NCBI GenBank assembly: GCA_038257035.1
Contig: JBBSJT010000053.1
Location: 1-15,722, forward strand
Direction: 5' to 3'
Origin: Chlamydiia bacterium
GTDB lineage: Bacteria > Chlamydiota > Chlamydiia > Chlamydiales > Parachlamydiaceae
Length of the DNA: 15,722 bases
In this document: piece after piece, positions 8,575 to 15,722 of the stretch
How positions within the stretch are numbered: the stretch's first letter is position 1
How the letters are laid out: each line of letters opens with the position of its first letter
Position numbers and translations under genes: made by a program
Notes under the pieces: generated by a model
Database searches by the model: none
Seen by the model: the letters and a program-made list of their open reading frames with translations, nothing else
What the model was told of the DNA's origin: nothing

Positions 8575-9605
8575 ATAGAAATTATATCTATCTTATCTTA
8601 GGCCTCACGTCATTAAGTTCTTTACTTATCATCTATAATTTTACTACAAATGATCAAGATCCAACTTTAAACGCAAAAGAAGTTCAGGTAACAAATCCCC
8701 CATTTATAGCCTATATCACTGGAACGGGTGTTGTAGAATCAGCTTCTGGCAATATTTTGATCAGCTCCCCTTTAATCCGCACTGTTGAAAAAATTCATGT
8801 ATTGATTAATAATCCGGTAAAAAAAGGGGAAGTTCTTTTTCAACTCTATAATCGAGATCTAAAAGCCAATCTAAGAATTAAACAGGGAAGATATGAAGAA
8901 GCTTTGTCCAATTTAAATAAACTTCAAAACAACCCACAGAGTGAAGATCTAAATATTGCACAAGCTCAATTGAATAAAGCAGAAGCTGCATTTAACCAAG
9001 CTTACACAGAATATTCTAAAGACATTTGCCGTGCAAAAGGTGCTGATAGATGCATTCTCTATTTTAGATACCAACAGGCAGAAGCCGATTTTCAGATAGC
9101 CCAAGCACAATTTGAAAAAGTGAAAGCAGGCACATGGCAGCCTGAATTTCGAATTGCACAAGACAGAATCAATCAAGCAAAAGCTGAAATTGATGCACTT
9201 CAAGCAGAAATTGAAGAGACATCTATTAAATCCCCAATTGATGGCACTGTTTTACAAATTAAAATTCACCAAGGTGAAGTTTTGGATCCAAGTAGAACTG
9301 CAATCGTATTGGGAAATATTGATGAACTTAATTTAAGAGTTAGTATCGATCAGTTCAATGAGGCAAGATTTAGTCCTAACTGCCCGGCAGTGGCTTTTAA
9401 ACAAGGTAATACCACAAAGGAATTTGGGCTTGAATTTATTCATGTTGAACCCTTCATGGTTCCAAAGAAATACCTGACTAACTCTCTTCATGAAAAAGTG
9501 GATACTCAGATTTTTGAAATTTTGTATCGCATCAATAAAAATGATTCTCATTTATTTATTGGCGAGCAAATGAATGTTTATATCCACGAAGAAAAAAAAG
9601 AGTAG
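8571..9605 (+). CDS. HlyD/DevB-family membrane fusion protein (periplasmic adaptor)
   Basis: N-terminal TM anchor, lipoyl half-motifs VKKGEVLFQL and IKSPIDGTV flanking a coiled-coil hairpin. ATGA overlap with the ATPase. Confidence 0.92.
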   Translation: MNRNYIYLILGLTSLSSLLIIYNFTTNDQDPTLNAKEVQVTNPPFIAYITGTGVVESASGNILISSPLIRTVEKIHVLINNPVKKGEVLFQLYNRDLKANLRIKQGRYEEALSNLNKLQNNPQSEDLNIAQAQLNKAEAAFNQAYTEYSKDICRAKGADRCILYFRYQQAEADFQIAQAQFEKVKAGTWQPEFRIAQDRINQAKAEIDALQAEIEETSIKSPIDGTVLQIKIHQGEVLDPSRTAIVLGNIDELNLRVSIDQFNEARFSPNCPAVAFKQGNTTKEFGLEFIHVEPFMVPKKYLTNSLHEKVDTQIFEILYRINKNDSHLFIGEQMNVYIHEEKKE

Positions 9606-9709
9606 ACAAGATTAAGGCTAACATTCCTGTCCTTCTGTTATCTATGTTATTGGATGGAACAACGCGAGCTTTTGTCTTCAGGCTTAGTTGCCAAAACTTG
9701 AGTTGTTTG

Positions 9710-10096
9710 CTAAATATTTTGTGTTTCTTCTTCATCGCTATCATAAAGTGATTCTAAGCCTGTATGTCCCATTTCCATTAAAAAATCAACCGAATCTTTA
9801 AAATGCTCGTATTGTTCCTCTCTTAAATTTAATTCGTCCCAAATTTCTTTATTACCCTCGGCTCTTAATGCAGCATCTTTAGAATGTAGTTCTGTTTTTG
9901 TTTTTAAAATTTCAAACACAACATCTTTTGGCAAAAAGGTACTAGATGATTCATCTGAGTTTTGAATTGACATTAGAAACAGAAGAGAAATTTGTTTATC
10001 TTTCTCAAGAATTTTATTTTCTTTATTTATAAAAAAGGCTTTTGTTTCATTTATTGATGCAAGAAGATTACTAACGCATGTAGAAACATCATTCAT
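9710..10096 (-). CDS. Hypothetical protein (128 aa), acidic C-terminus, possible F-box-like LPxxxxxxI segment
   Basis: AAGGA RBS upstream of the ATG; contains FLPKDVVFEIL. Confidence 0.7.
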   Translation of the reverse strand: MNDVSTCVSNLLASINETKAFFINKENKILEKDKQISLLFLMSIQNSDESSSTFLPKDVVFEILKTKTELHSKDAALRAEGNKEIWDELNLREEQYEHFKDSVDFLMEMGHTGLESLYDSDEEETQNI

Positions 10097-10263
10097 AATA
10101 ATTCAATCCTTTTATAGTTATTAAACAGGTTTAAAAATAATTGTAACAAAGTAAGCAATTATAAACAAGTGATATTTTAATACGTCATTATTGTAATTGA
10201 ATTTATAAACAATCTAATTAAAAGGTTTTTTTTAGATAACTATTCTAAATTGGGTGTAAATTT

Positions 10264-10345
10264 GGCGACAGTTCTTCATAAGTGCCTAACTTTTAATCGA
10301 GGTAATAATTTATAAAGTTTGGACAACAGTCCCGATTAAGGTTAA
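10264..10345 (+). repeat. Family-A element, copy lacking the outer right arm
   Basis: ggcgacagttcttcataagtgcctaacttttaatcga...ataaag...agtcccgattaaggttaa. Similarity stops at the stop codon of 10342..11526. Confidence 0.82.
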
Positions 10346-11526
10346 AGAAGATCTTTTGATTTTTGGTCTTTTTCGAAGGCGGTAATGAGCTGCCAGAGGG
10401 ATGATAGGGTGTGGGGATTGATTTTGTATAAAGGATAACGTTTTGCAATATACTCTTTCCAATTAATCTTTGTCCAAATAGTTTCAAAATGTTTTTTTAA
10501 AATCTCTTCACCAATTTCAGTAATCTTTATGGCGGTTTTCTGAAATCGATCCAATGAATTAATTGCGGCCAATCGGTCTACTATGATTCCTAAACCTGTC
10601 TTGAGTAAATTCAAATCATTCTTAAATCGGTCTTTGTATGCTTGATCAACCACCAAAGTGCCTTTCATCATTCCCCTTTCAGCATTGATAATTCTTTCAT
10701 AGGCTACTTGAACGTAATTGTTAATTCTCTTTTTACTCTTCTCATAGGTATGTTTTGAAGATAAGCTTTCAGATTCAAGTTTTAAAAAGAGTAAAGGAAG
10801 AATATGTGCTGAATGGTCATGCATGAATTCAGCACCTTCAGAAAGAAGTCCGTCATGGGTCACATAGTTTCTGACAAAATCCATATCGTTAGCTACATCC
10901 TGGCTAGAAGCTAATTTTAAACTTCCTAAGTTAGGTCTAATATTTTTTAGCTTAGCAAAACGTTCAATGATAACATCACGACTGGGAAGAAAAAAATAAA
11001 CTCCTTTTCGATTAGTTATTTTTTTAAATCCGAGTTTCCTCAAATCTTCACCAATCTTTAGGCGTTTATCCAATCCAGCCTTAATAGTTTGTCTAAGAGT
11101 TTGGAAAATTTCAGTTATAGTCCTATTTGTACTTGGAAGAAGTCCATTTGTATTACGAAGAACTATGTTACATTTCTCCTCAATCCACTCCTCCTGAAGT
11201 TCTTTATTTTTTTGAAATCTTAGATCAAGATAAGGGTAGTCTTCTGCATAAATTTCAAGGGCCGGAAATATTTCTTTTGATTTGGCCTGTGCGGCCATCA
11301 AACAATCTTTGCTTTGAAGATTTGCGGTAACCGTGTCAAATTCCGGTTTCAATTTGAATTGGTAAATATAACCGCCACCAGATTGCAAAGTTCTTGAGAT
11401 GCATTCCCAAAGCCTTCCTGTCTTTTTGTTTAATTCAGCTGCATCAGGATTATATAGAGTTGAGGAAAGCTCTGATTGTGATAAGTTTAAATTAAGTCTT
11501 TTAGGTTCCATGTGAAATATATACAT
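10342..11526 (-). CDS. Hypothetical protein (~390 aa) with a His-rich HDHxxH motif
   Basis: Long ORF containing THDGLLSEGAEFMHDHSAH. Alternative start at 11511 (MEPKRL). Confidence 0.8.
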   Translation of the reverse strand: MYIFHMEPKRLNLNLSQSELSSTLYNPDAAELNKKTGRLWECISRTLQSGGGYIYQFKLKPEFDTVTANLQSKDCLMAAQAKSKEIFPALEIYAEDYPYLDLRFQKNKELQEEWIEEKCNIVLRNTNGLLPSTNRTITEIFQTLRQTIKAGLDKRLKIGEDLRKLGFKKITNRKGVYFFLPSRDVIIERFAKLKNIRPNLGSLKLASSQDVANDMDFVRNYVTHDGLLSEGAEFMHDHSAHILPLLFLKLESESLSSKHTYEKSKKRINNYVQVAYERIINAERGMMKGTLVVDQAYKDRFKNDLNLLKTGLGIIVDRLAAINSLDRFQKTAIKITEIGEEILKKHFETIWTKINWKEYIAKRYPLYKINPHTLSSLWQLITAFEKDQKSKDLL

Positions 11527-11647
11527 AAATGCAGTTCATAAATTCAAGTATAAATTATAGGGATAATCTTTTTTTTAAATTTGAAGTGACGTTAATTACA
11601 GCTTGTGCTACAACACAAAACAAACAAAAAATCCCACGGAGCATATT

Positions 11648-11947
11648 ATGGAGCCTGTCAGCCACTCTTTTAACACGTTTGAAGTTAAAGAAGAAAACTT
11701 TATAAACAAAAATCCAACAGATATCAAAATAAAAAAACTTTTTGGATCTAGAAAAAGCAATGCTCTTATTTCATCAGACGAGGATGAACTTCCAAGAGCT
11801 GTTACAAATGAAGATAAAAGAGATTCGATTGAAAAAGTAAGAGTTAGAAGAAATTCACAGGAACAGGTAAGAGATAGAAAAGGTTCGCGAGAGATCTATA
11901 TTAAGCTCTCTCCACGAACCGAAGTAGAATTTGCCAAAAACTCTTAA
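11648..11947 (+). CDS. Small, highly charged hypothetical protein (99 aa)
   Basis: ATG at 11648 preceded by GGAG, preferred over the TTG at 11603. Low-complexity and charged; converges on dnaJ with a 3-bp gap. Confidence 0.65.
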   Translation: MEPVSHSFNTFEVKEENFINKNPTDIKIKKLFGSRKSNALISSDEDELPRAVTNEDKRDSIEKVRVRRNSQEQVRDRKGSREIYIKLSPRTEVEFAKNS

Positions 11948-11950
11948 AGT

Positions 11951-13111
11951 TTAGCGTTTAGCAAATAGGCCTTTAATCTTGTCAAGGAAGCCACCGCGTT
12001 TTGGCAGGTTGGCAGGTCCTTCAAGCTTGGAATATTCTTCAAGGAGTTCTTTTTGTTTTGCTGACAATTTTGTTGGTGTTTCAACAAAAATGCGAACAAG
12101 AAAATCTCCTTTTCCTTGTCCATGAACATTAGGAAAGCCTTCGCCTTTAATGCGGAAGATTTTGCTGTTTTGAGTGCCTTCAGGGATTGTTACACGGCAT
12201 GTATGCTTTAGTACCGAAGGAACATCTTTTATGCAACCTAAAGCAGCTTCAGAAAAGCTAATAGGAAGATCAATAATGACATCGTTTCCTTCGCGCTCAA
12301 ACATCTCATGTTTTTCAACGGTAATAAATACGAAAAGATCACCTGATGGACCGCCGCCTTGTCCTGCATCACCATAGCCACTCATTTTTAAGCGCATGCC
12401 ATTATCGACACCGGCAGGAATATGGACTTTAACATGCTGCTTTTCTTTAACAATACCTTCGCCGTGACAATCTTTGCAAGGATTGGTGACGACCTGTCCC
12501 ATTCCTTGACAGTCAGGACAAGGCATTGTCATGCTAAAGAAGCCACGTTGCTCATTGATTTGACCGGCACCTCTGCAACGCTTACATTTTTTTATTCCGT
12601 CGCTTGTCGGGGTACCTTTACCGCTGCAAGTTTTGCAAGTCACGTAGTTAGTTATAGCAAGCTCTTTATCAGCACCTTTTGCAGCCTCTTCAAAAGAAAC
12701 TGTAATGTTGACACGTTTACTAGCTCCTTGACGACGCATCTCAGGTTGTGGGCCACCAAATCCGCCACCGCCAAAATAGCTCTCAAAAATGGTTTCTCCG
12801 CCGCCCATTCCGCCAAAAGCTCCCATAAAGGTGCGAAGAGCTTCATCCATGGAAGAAAATCCACCTTGGCTACCTTGGCCAAACTGACCGGCCTGAACAC
12901 CATCTTTACCATAACGGTCATAAAGTTGACGCTTCTTCTCGTCACTTAAAACCTCATAAGCCTCGGAAATTTCCTTAAATTGCTTTTCAGCTTCTTTATC
13001 TCCGGGGTTTTTGTCAGGATGGAATTGTAACGCTTTCTTACGGTAAGCTTTTTTTATTTCGTCTGCATTAGCGGACTTAGAAATACCCAGGGTTTCATAG
13101 TATTCAGCCAT
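11951..13111 (-). CDS. dnaJ: Chaperone DnaJ (type I)
   Basis: J-domain with HPD, G/F-rich linker, four CxxCxGxG zinc-finger repeats and C-terminal domain. Start is either 13111 (MAEYY) or 13123. Confidence 0.98.
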   Translation of the reverse strand: MAEYYETLGISKSANADEIKKAYRKKALQFHPDKNPGDKEAEKQFKEISEAYEVLSDEKKRQLYDRYGKDGVQAGQFGQGSQGGFSSMDEALRTFMGAFGGMGGGETIFESYFGGGGFGGPQPEMRRQGASKRVNITVSFEEAAKGADKELAITNYVTCKTCSGKGTPTSDGIKKCKRCRGAGQINEQRGFFSMTMPCPDCQGMGQVVTNPCKDCHGEGIVKEKQHVKVHIPAGVDNGMRLKMSGYGDAGQGGGPSGDLFVFITVEKHEMFEREGNDVIIDLPISFSEAALGCIKDVPSVLKHTCRVTIPEGTQNSKIFRIKGEGFPNVHGQGKGDFLVRIFVETPTKLSAKQKELLEEYSKLEGPANLPKRGGFLDKIKGLFAKR

Positions 13112-13132
13112 AAAAATGTCCATATTTTACGG

Positions 13133-13164
13133 GTCAATCCAATAAAAAAGATCCTTGGATTGAC
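13133..13164. promoter_or_regulatory. Perfect 10-bp inverted repeat in the rpsU-dnaJ spacer
   Basis: GTCAATCCAA-N12-TTGGATTGAC. Function unknown. Confidence 0.5.
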
Positions 13165-13191
13165 ATCATGTGATGAGATTTTAATAAACGA

Positions 13192-13371
13192 CTAGCGAGT
13201 TCTTTTATATTTCAAAGCAGCTTTAGATTTTGCACGTTTTGCAATGGATGGTTTAGAATAGAAACGATGAGCCTTAACAGACTTCATCACGCCTTCTTTA
13301 TCAAGTCTTTTCTTTAATGCACGAAGAGCTTTATCAATAGGCTCGCCAACTCGAACTTTAACAATTGTCAT
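13192..13371 (-). CDS. rpsU: 30S ribosomal protein S21 (59 aa; absent from the ORF track)
   Basis: Manual translation [67 protein letters not shown]; lies between tsaB and dnaJ as in Chlamydia. Confidence 0.97.
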   Translation of the reverse strand: MTIVKVRVGEPIDKALRALKKRLDKEGVMKSVKAHRFYSKPSIAKRAKSKAALKYKRTR

Positions 13372-13469
13372 TTAGTTCATTCCTTTTAAAAAGTTTATGG
13401 GTTTAAACATAGACGAGAAGTCGATTTAAGAAATACCTAAACACGAATTCAAGCTAACCAATACTTAAT

Positions 13470-13498
13470 ATTATACAATTAGAGGAGATATTAATCAA
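13470..13498 (-). promoter_or_regulatory. Putative primary-sigma promoter of rpsU-dnaJ
   Basis: Minus strand TTGATT-N17-TATAAT, about 100 nt upstream of rpsU. Confidence 0.65.
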
Positions 13499-13569
13499 TA
13501 GGTTTATTGGATGCTTTGCGCTATTGCCAACTTTTTCACCATGAAGAGCAGAACGATAAGTAAGAAGTT

Positions 13570-13795
13570 ACCGCTAGGTTGGATCTTTTTACCGCGAAGG
13601 CCGCGAAGAAGCGCAGCTTACGCTGCGGGAAGAAACGCGAAGAAGCGCGCTGAAGCGCGAAAAACAAAGACTAAAGAGAGATACTTTTTGAACAAACAAA
13701 GATTCTTTCTTCATCTCGCGCTTTAGCGCGCTTTCTTCGCGTGCCTTCGCGTCTTTCTTCGCGGCCTTCGCGGTAAAAAGGTCTCTCTTAGCGGT
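13570..13795 (+). repeat. Family-C GC-rich long-hairpin element (REP/REPIN-like), full copy
   Basis: Perfect 26-bp inverted repeat 13585-13610 / 13755-13780, further pairing inside and outside it, reiterated CGCGAAG units and an AT-rich central loop. Confidence 0.92.
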
Positions 13796-14430
13796 TACCG
13801 CAAATAGAGAAGCTCAAGATGCTGGTCTTTGCGGTAATCGCCGGCTTCAAATTTGGAAAAGCCTTTATTTGCCATTTGGATAGGATCAGGATCCGCTTCT
13901 AAAATAGTGAAACTGTCACCATTTTTTTTAAATCGTGTGTCAAGCAAAGATGCGTTTGGAGTTGTAATGGTGGCAACTTCTTTTAGTAAAATAGCCGCTT
14001 CCGGAATATTCATAACCATTGGTTCTCTAAGGCTTACAACTGCACCTTCCTTTTTGCCTGTTTGAAGATAAACTCCGCCAATCCTTGCATCAATAATTGA
14101 GGCAAAATAACCATCTTCTTTCGGGATAAAACCTTCCAAACTGCAAATTCCAACGAGTGGAATCTGTAAAGCAAATGCTAAAGTTTTAGCAACGATTGCG
14201 CCCACCCGAATTCCGGTGTAGGAGCCCGGACCAATTCCTGTCATTATAAGTTTTAAATTTGATGGCTCGAGCCCATGAGCTGTAAAAGCTTTAAGAATTT
14301 CAGGAAAAAGTGTTGCTGAATTTTGCAAACCAAACGGCAGGATTCCATGGTAAATCAGGGTTTTGTCTCGAAATAAAGCCACGAAACCGCGTTCTGTGCT
14401 AGTTTCAATTAATAGAGAAATGTCATTCAT
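13795..14430 (-). CDS. tsaB: tRNA threonylcarbamoyladenosine biosynthesis protein TsaB
   Basis: LLIETST N-terminus, GIGPGSYTGIRVG and IDARIGGVY motifs, C-terminal LYLR. Confidence 0.95.
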   Translation of the reverse strand: MNDISLLIETSTERGFVALFRDKTLIYHGILPFGLQNSATLFPEILKAFTAHGLEPSNLKLIMTGIGPGSYTGIRVGAIVAKTLAFALQIPLVGICSLEGFIPKEDGYFASIIDARIGGVYLQTGKKEGAVVSLREPMVMNIPEAAILLKEVATITTPNASLLDTRFKKNGDSFTILEADPDPIQMANKGFSKFEAGDYRKDQHLELLYLR

Positions 14431-15554
14431 TGATGTAATCTTATACGCTGTGGTAAAATAAAGGATTCAAGGGTACGAATAAAGAAGGAATCTGTCATTC
14501 CTGCCACAAAATCGATAACCAACTGAACCGGTGTTGATCCCGCCAAATATTTTTTTGGTTTATTGTGGCAAAAGTTGAGCCATATATAGCTTGCTTGTTC
14601 GTTTTTTATAAGGTCTTCATAAAGAAAATCAAATAATATTTGATAACTTTGACTAATTTTTTTGGATTGGCTTTTTAGTTTTGGATGAAGGTAAATATTT
14701 GCAAAATTAAATTCACGCAAAACTTTTAAGCTACTTAAAGCCTCATCGGAAATGGCAATATAATCTTTGCCTTCACTCATTAAGGTTAAATCAGATTTAA
14801 GAACTTGTAAAATATCGCGGTTAGTGTTTCCTAAAATGGTTTTTGGAATATCTTTTCTTTCGATAAGTCCGATGCTGATTGCATCTTCGATGTCTCTGCC
14901 AATATAACTTATGGTGTCGCTTATTTTAACAAGACATCCCTCCAATGTACCTGGCATGATGTTTTTTTCTGGATTTTTAAGTTTTTCTTCTTTTTCTCGT
15001 AAATGATCATCCCAGGTTTTTCCAAAATTTGGTACCAATTTAGTGCTTGATAACCCTCCATCGTGGCATAAAAAACCATCATAAACGTGCAGGCATAAAT
15101 TTAAAGGGTCAATTTCAGAAAAAAGACGACAAGACTGCCATGGATGTGCAAAAGTTCCATTCCCATACTCTACAGAAATTTTAGATAAATACCCTTCACC
15201 CTCATGTCCAAAAGGTGGATGACCCACATCATGGCCCAAAGAAATTGCTTCAACCAAATCGACGTTCAGATTTAAATCTTCTGCGATACTACGTGCAAAA
15301 TGGCTGACAAGTTGCACGTGAAGGCTTCTATGAGTGATATGGTCATTATCAGCTAGGTAAACAACTTGAGTTTTATCCACATACCGAGAATAAGGCTTTG
15401 AATGAATGATACGATCGACATCATGATTGTAGGCTAGACGATCTTGGCTTTCTAATCTTTCAAGCCTTTGATAATCCTTGGAAAAGGCAGCTTTTGGATG
15501 AAAATTACTTTCTTCTTTTTGCTTGGCTTTTTCAAGATGTGTCGTCAATAACAT
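14427..15554 (-). CDS. dgt: HD-domain dNTP triphosphohydrolase (dGTPase-like, short form)
   Basis: DRIIHS, KTQV, THRSLH, HDVGHPPFGHEGE, TLEG, SDTISY, DIEDAI and DFVAGMTD motifs. ATGA overlap with tsaB. Confidence 0.88.
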   Translation of the reverse strand: MLLTTHLEKAKQKEESNFHPKAAFSKDYQRLERLESQDRLAYNHDVDRIIHSKPYSRYVDKTQVVYLADNDHITHRSLHVQLVSHFARSIAEDLNLNVDLVEAISLGHDVGHPPFGHEGEGYLSKISVEYGNGTFAHPWQSCRLFSEIDPLNLCLHVYDGFLCHDGGLSSTKLVPNFGKTWDDHLREKEEKLKNPEKNIMPGTLEGCLVKISDTISYIGRDIEDAISIGLIERKDIPKTILGNTNRDILQVLKSDLTLMSEGKDYIAISDEALSSLKVLREFNFANIYLHPKLKSQSKKISQSYQILFDFLYEDLIKNEQASYIWLNFCHNKPKKYLAGSTPVQLVIDFVAGMTDSFFIRTLESFILPQRIRLHQ

Positions 15555-15577
15555 TTTTTACCTATAGTTTTTTTTTC

Positions 15578-15722
15578 CTTTTTTCACCGCGAAGGGCGCG
15601 AAGAAGCGCAAGCTCAGCTTGCGGGAAGAGACGCGAAGAAAGCGCGCTTAAAAGCGCGAGGAAGAATTAAAAAAGACTATTTAGATCAAATCTCTAAAAA
15701 ACATATATTCCTATCGCGCGAC
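15578..15722 (+). repeat. Family-C element, second copy (right arm cut by the window end)
   Basis: cttttttcaccgcgaagggcgcgaagaagcgcaagctcagcttgcgggaagagacgcgaagaaagcgcgcttaaaagcgcg aligns to 13585-13659. The right arm appears to start at tcgcgcg near 15714. Confidence 0.9.

Noticed and set aside
3103..9744. Other short track ORFs overlapping fic, the kinases and the ABC operon (e.g. 3103, 3751, 3924, 4229, 4470, 4673, 5967, 7026, 7123, 7381, 8169, 8949, 9154, 9333, 9556)
   Set aside because: They overlap well-supported genes or repeats and have no recognisable features. The same applies to 10293..10487, 11127..11330 and 13853..14065.
780..10345. Canonical integron (attC) array
   Set aside because: No integrase in the window. 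Conserved arms extend well beyond the TAAC/GTTA boxes, the spacer next to them is paired rather than an unpaired central spacer, and genes lie in both orientations with their own promoter regions.
11944..12949. ORFs 11944..12129, 12174..12377, 12422..12949 and 12652..12945
   Set aside because: Antisense or alternate-frame shadows of dnaJ with no motifs.
13372..13380. ATG-AAC-TAA mini-ORF directly before rpsU
   Set aside because: It abuts the Shine-Dalgarno with no spacing and simply forms the normal 9-nt SD-to-start spacer of rpsU.
13510..13532. Sigma54-like TGGCA...GC on the minus strand upstream of rpsU
   Set aside because: The GG-to-GC spacing is not the required 10 nt.
13511..13726. 71-aa R/A/K-rich ORF
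   Set aside because: It is a translation of the GC-rich family-C repeat, antisense to the surrounding operon.

Overview
AT-rich bacterial window, most likely from an environmental member of the Chlamydiae. This is inferred from the tsaB-rpsU-dnaJ gene order known from Chlamydia and from the chlamydial-type S21 and DnaJ sequences. The right ~3.7 kb is core genome on the minus strand: a dGTPase-like HD protein, tsaB, rpsU (missing from the ORF track) and dnaJ. The left ~11.9 kb looks accessory: an exported proline-iminopeptidase-like hydrolase, a ~506-aa Fic protein, a divergent pair of paralogous P-loop kinase-like genes, a DevBCA/MacAB-like ABC exporter operon and several orphan, effector-like ORFs. 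Three non-coding repeat systems stand out. (A) A ~120-bp asymmetric palindromic element occurs five times (2 full, 3 partial), always in the same orientation and mostly at gene boundaries. (B) A 65-bp direct repeat with three helically phased 16-bp boxes brackets the Fic gene. (C) A GC-rich, ~225-bp branched-hairpin element with compensatory changes sits on both sides of the dgt-tsaB operon. No integrase, transposase, tRNA, rRNA or CRISPR array was seen.
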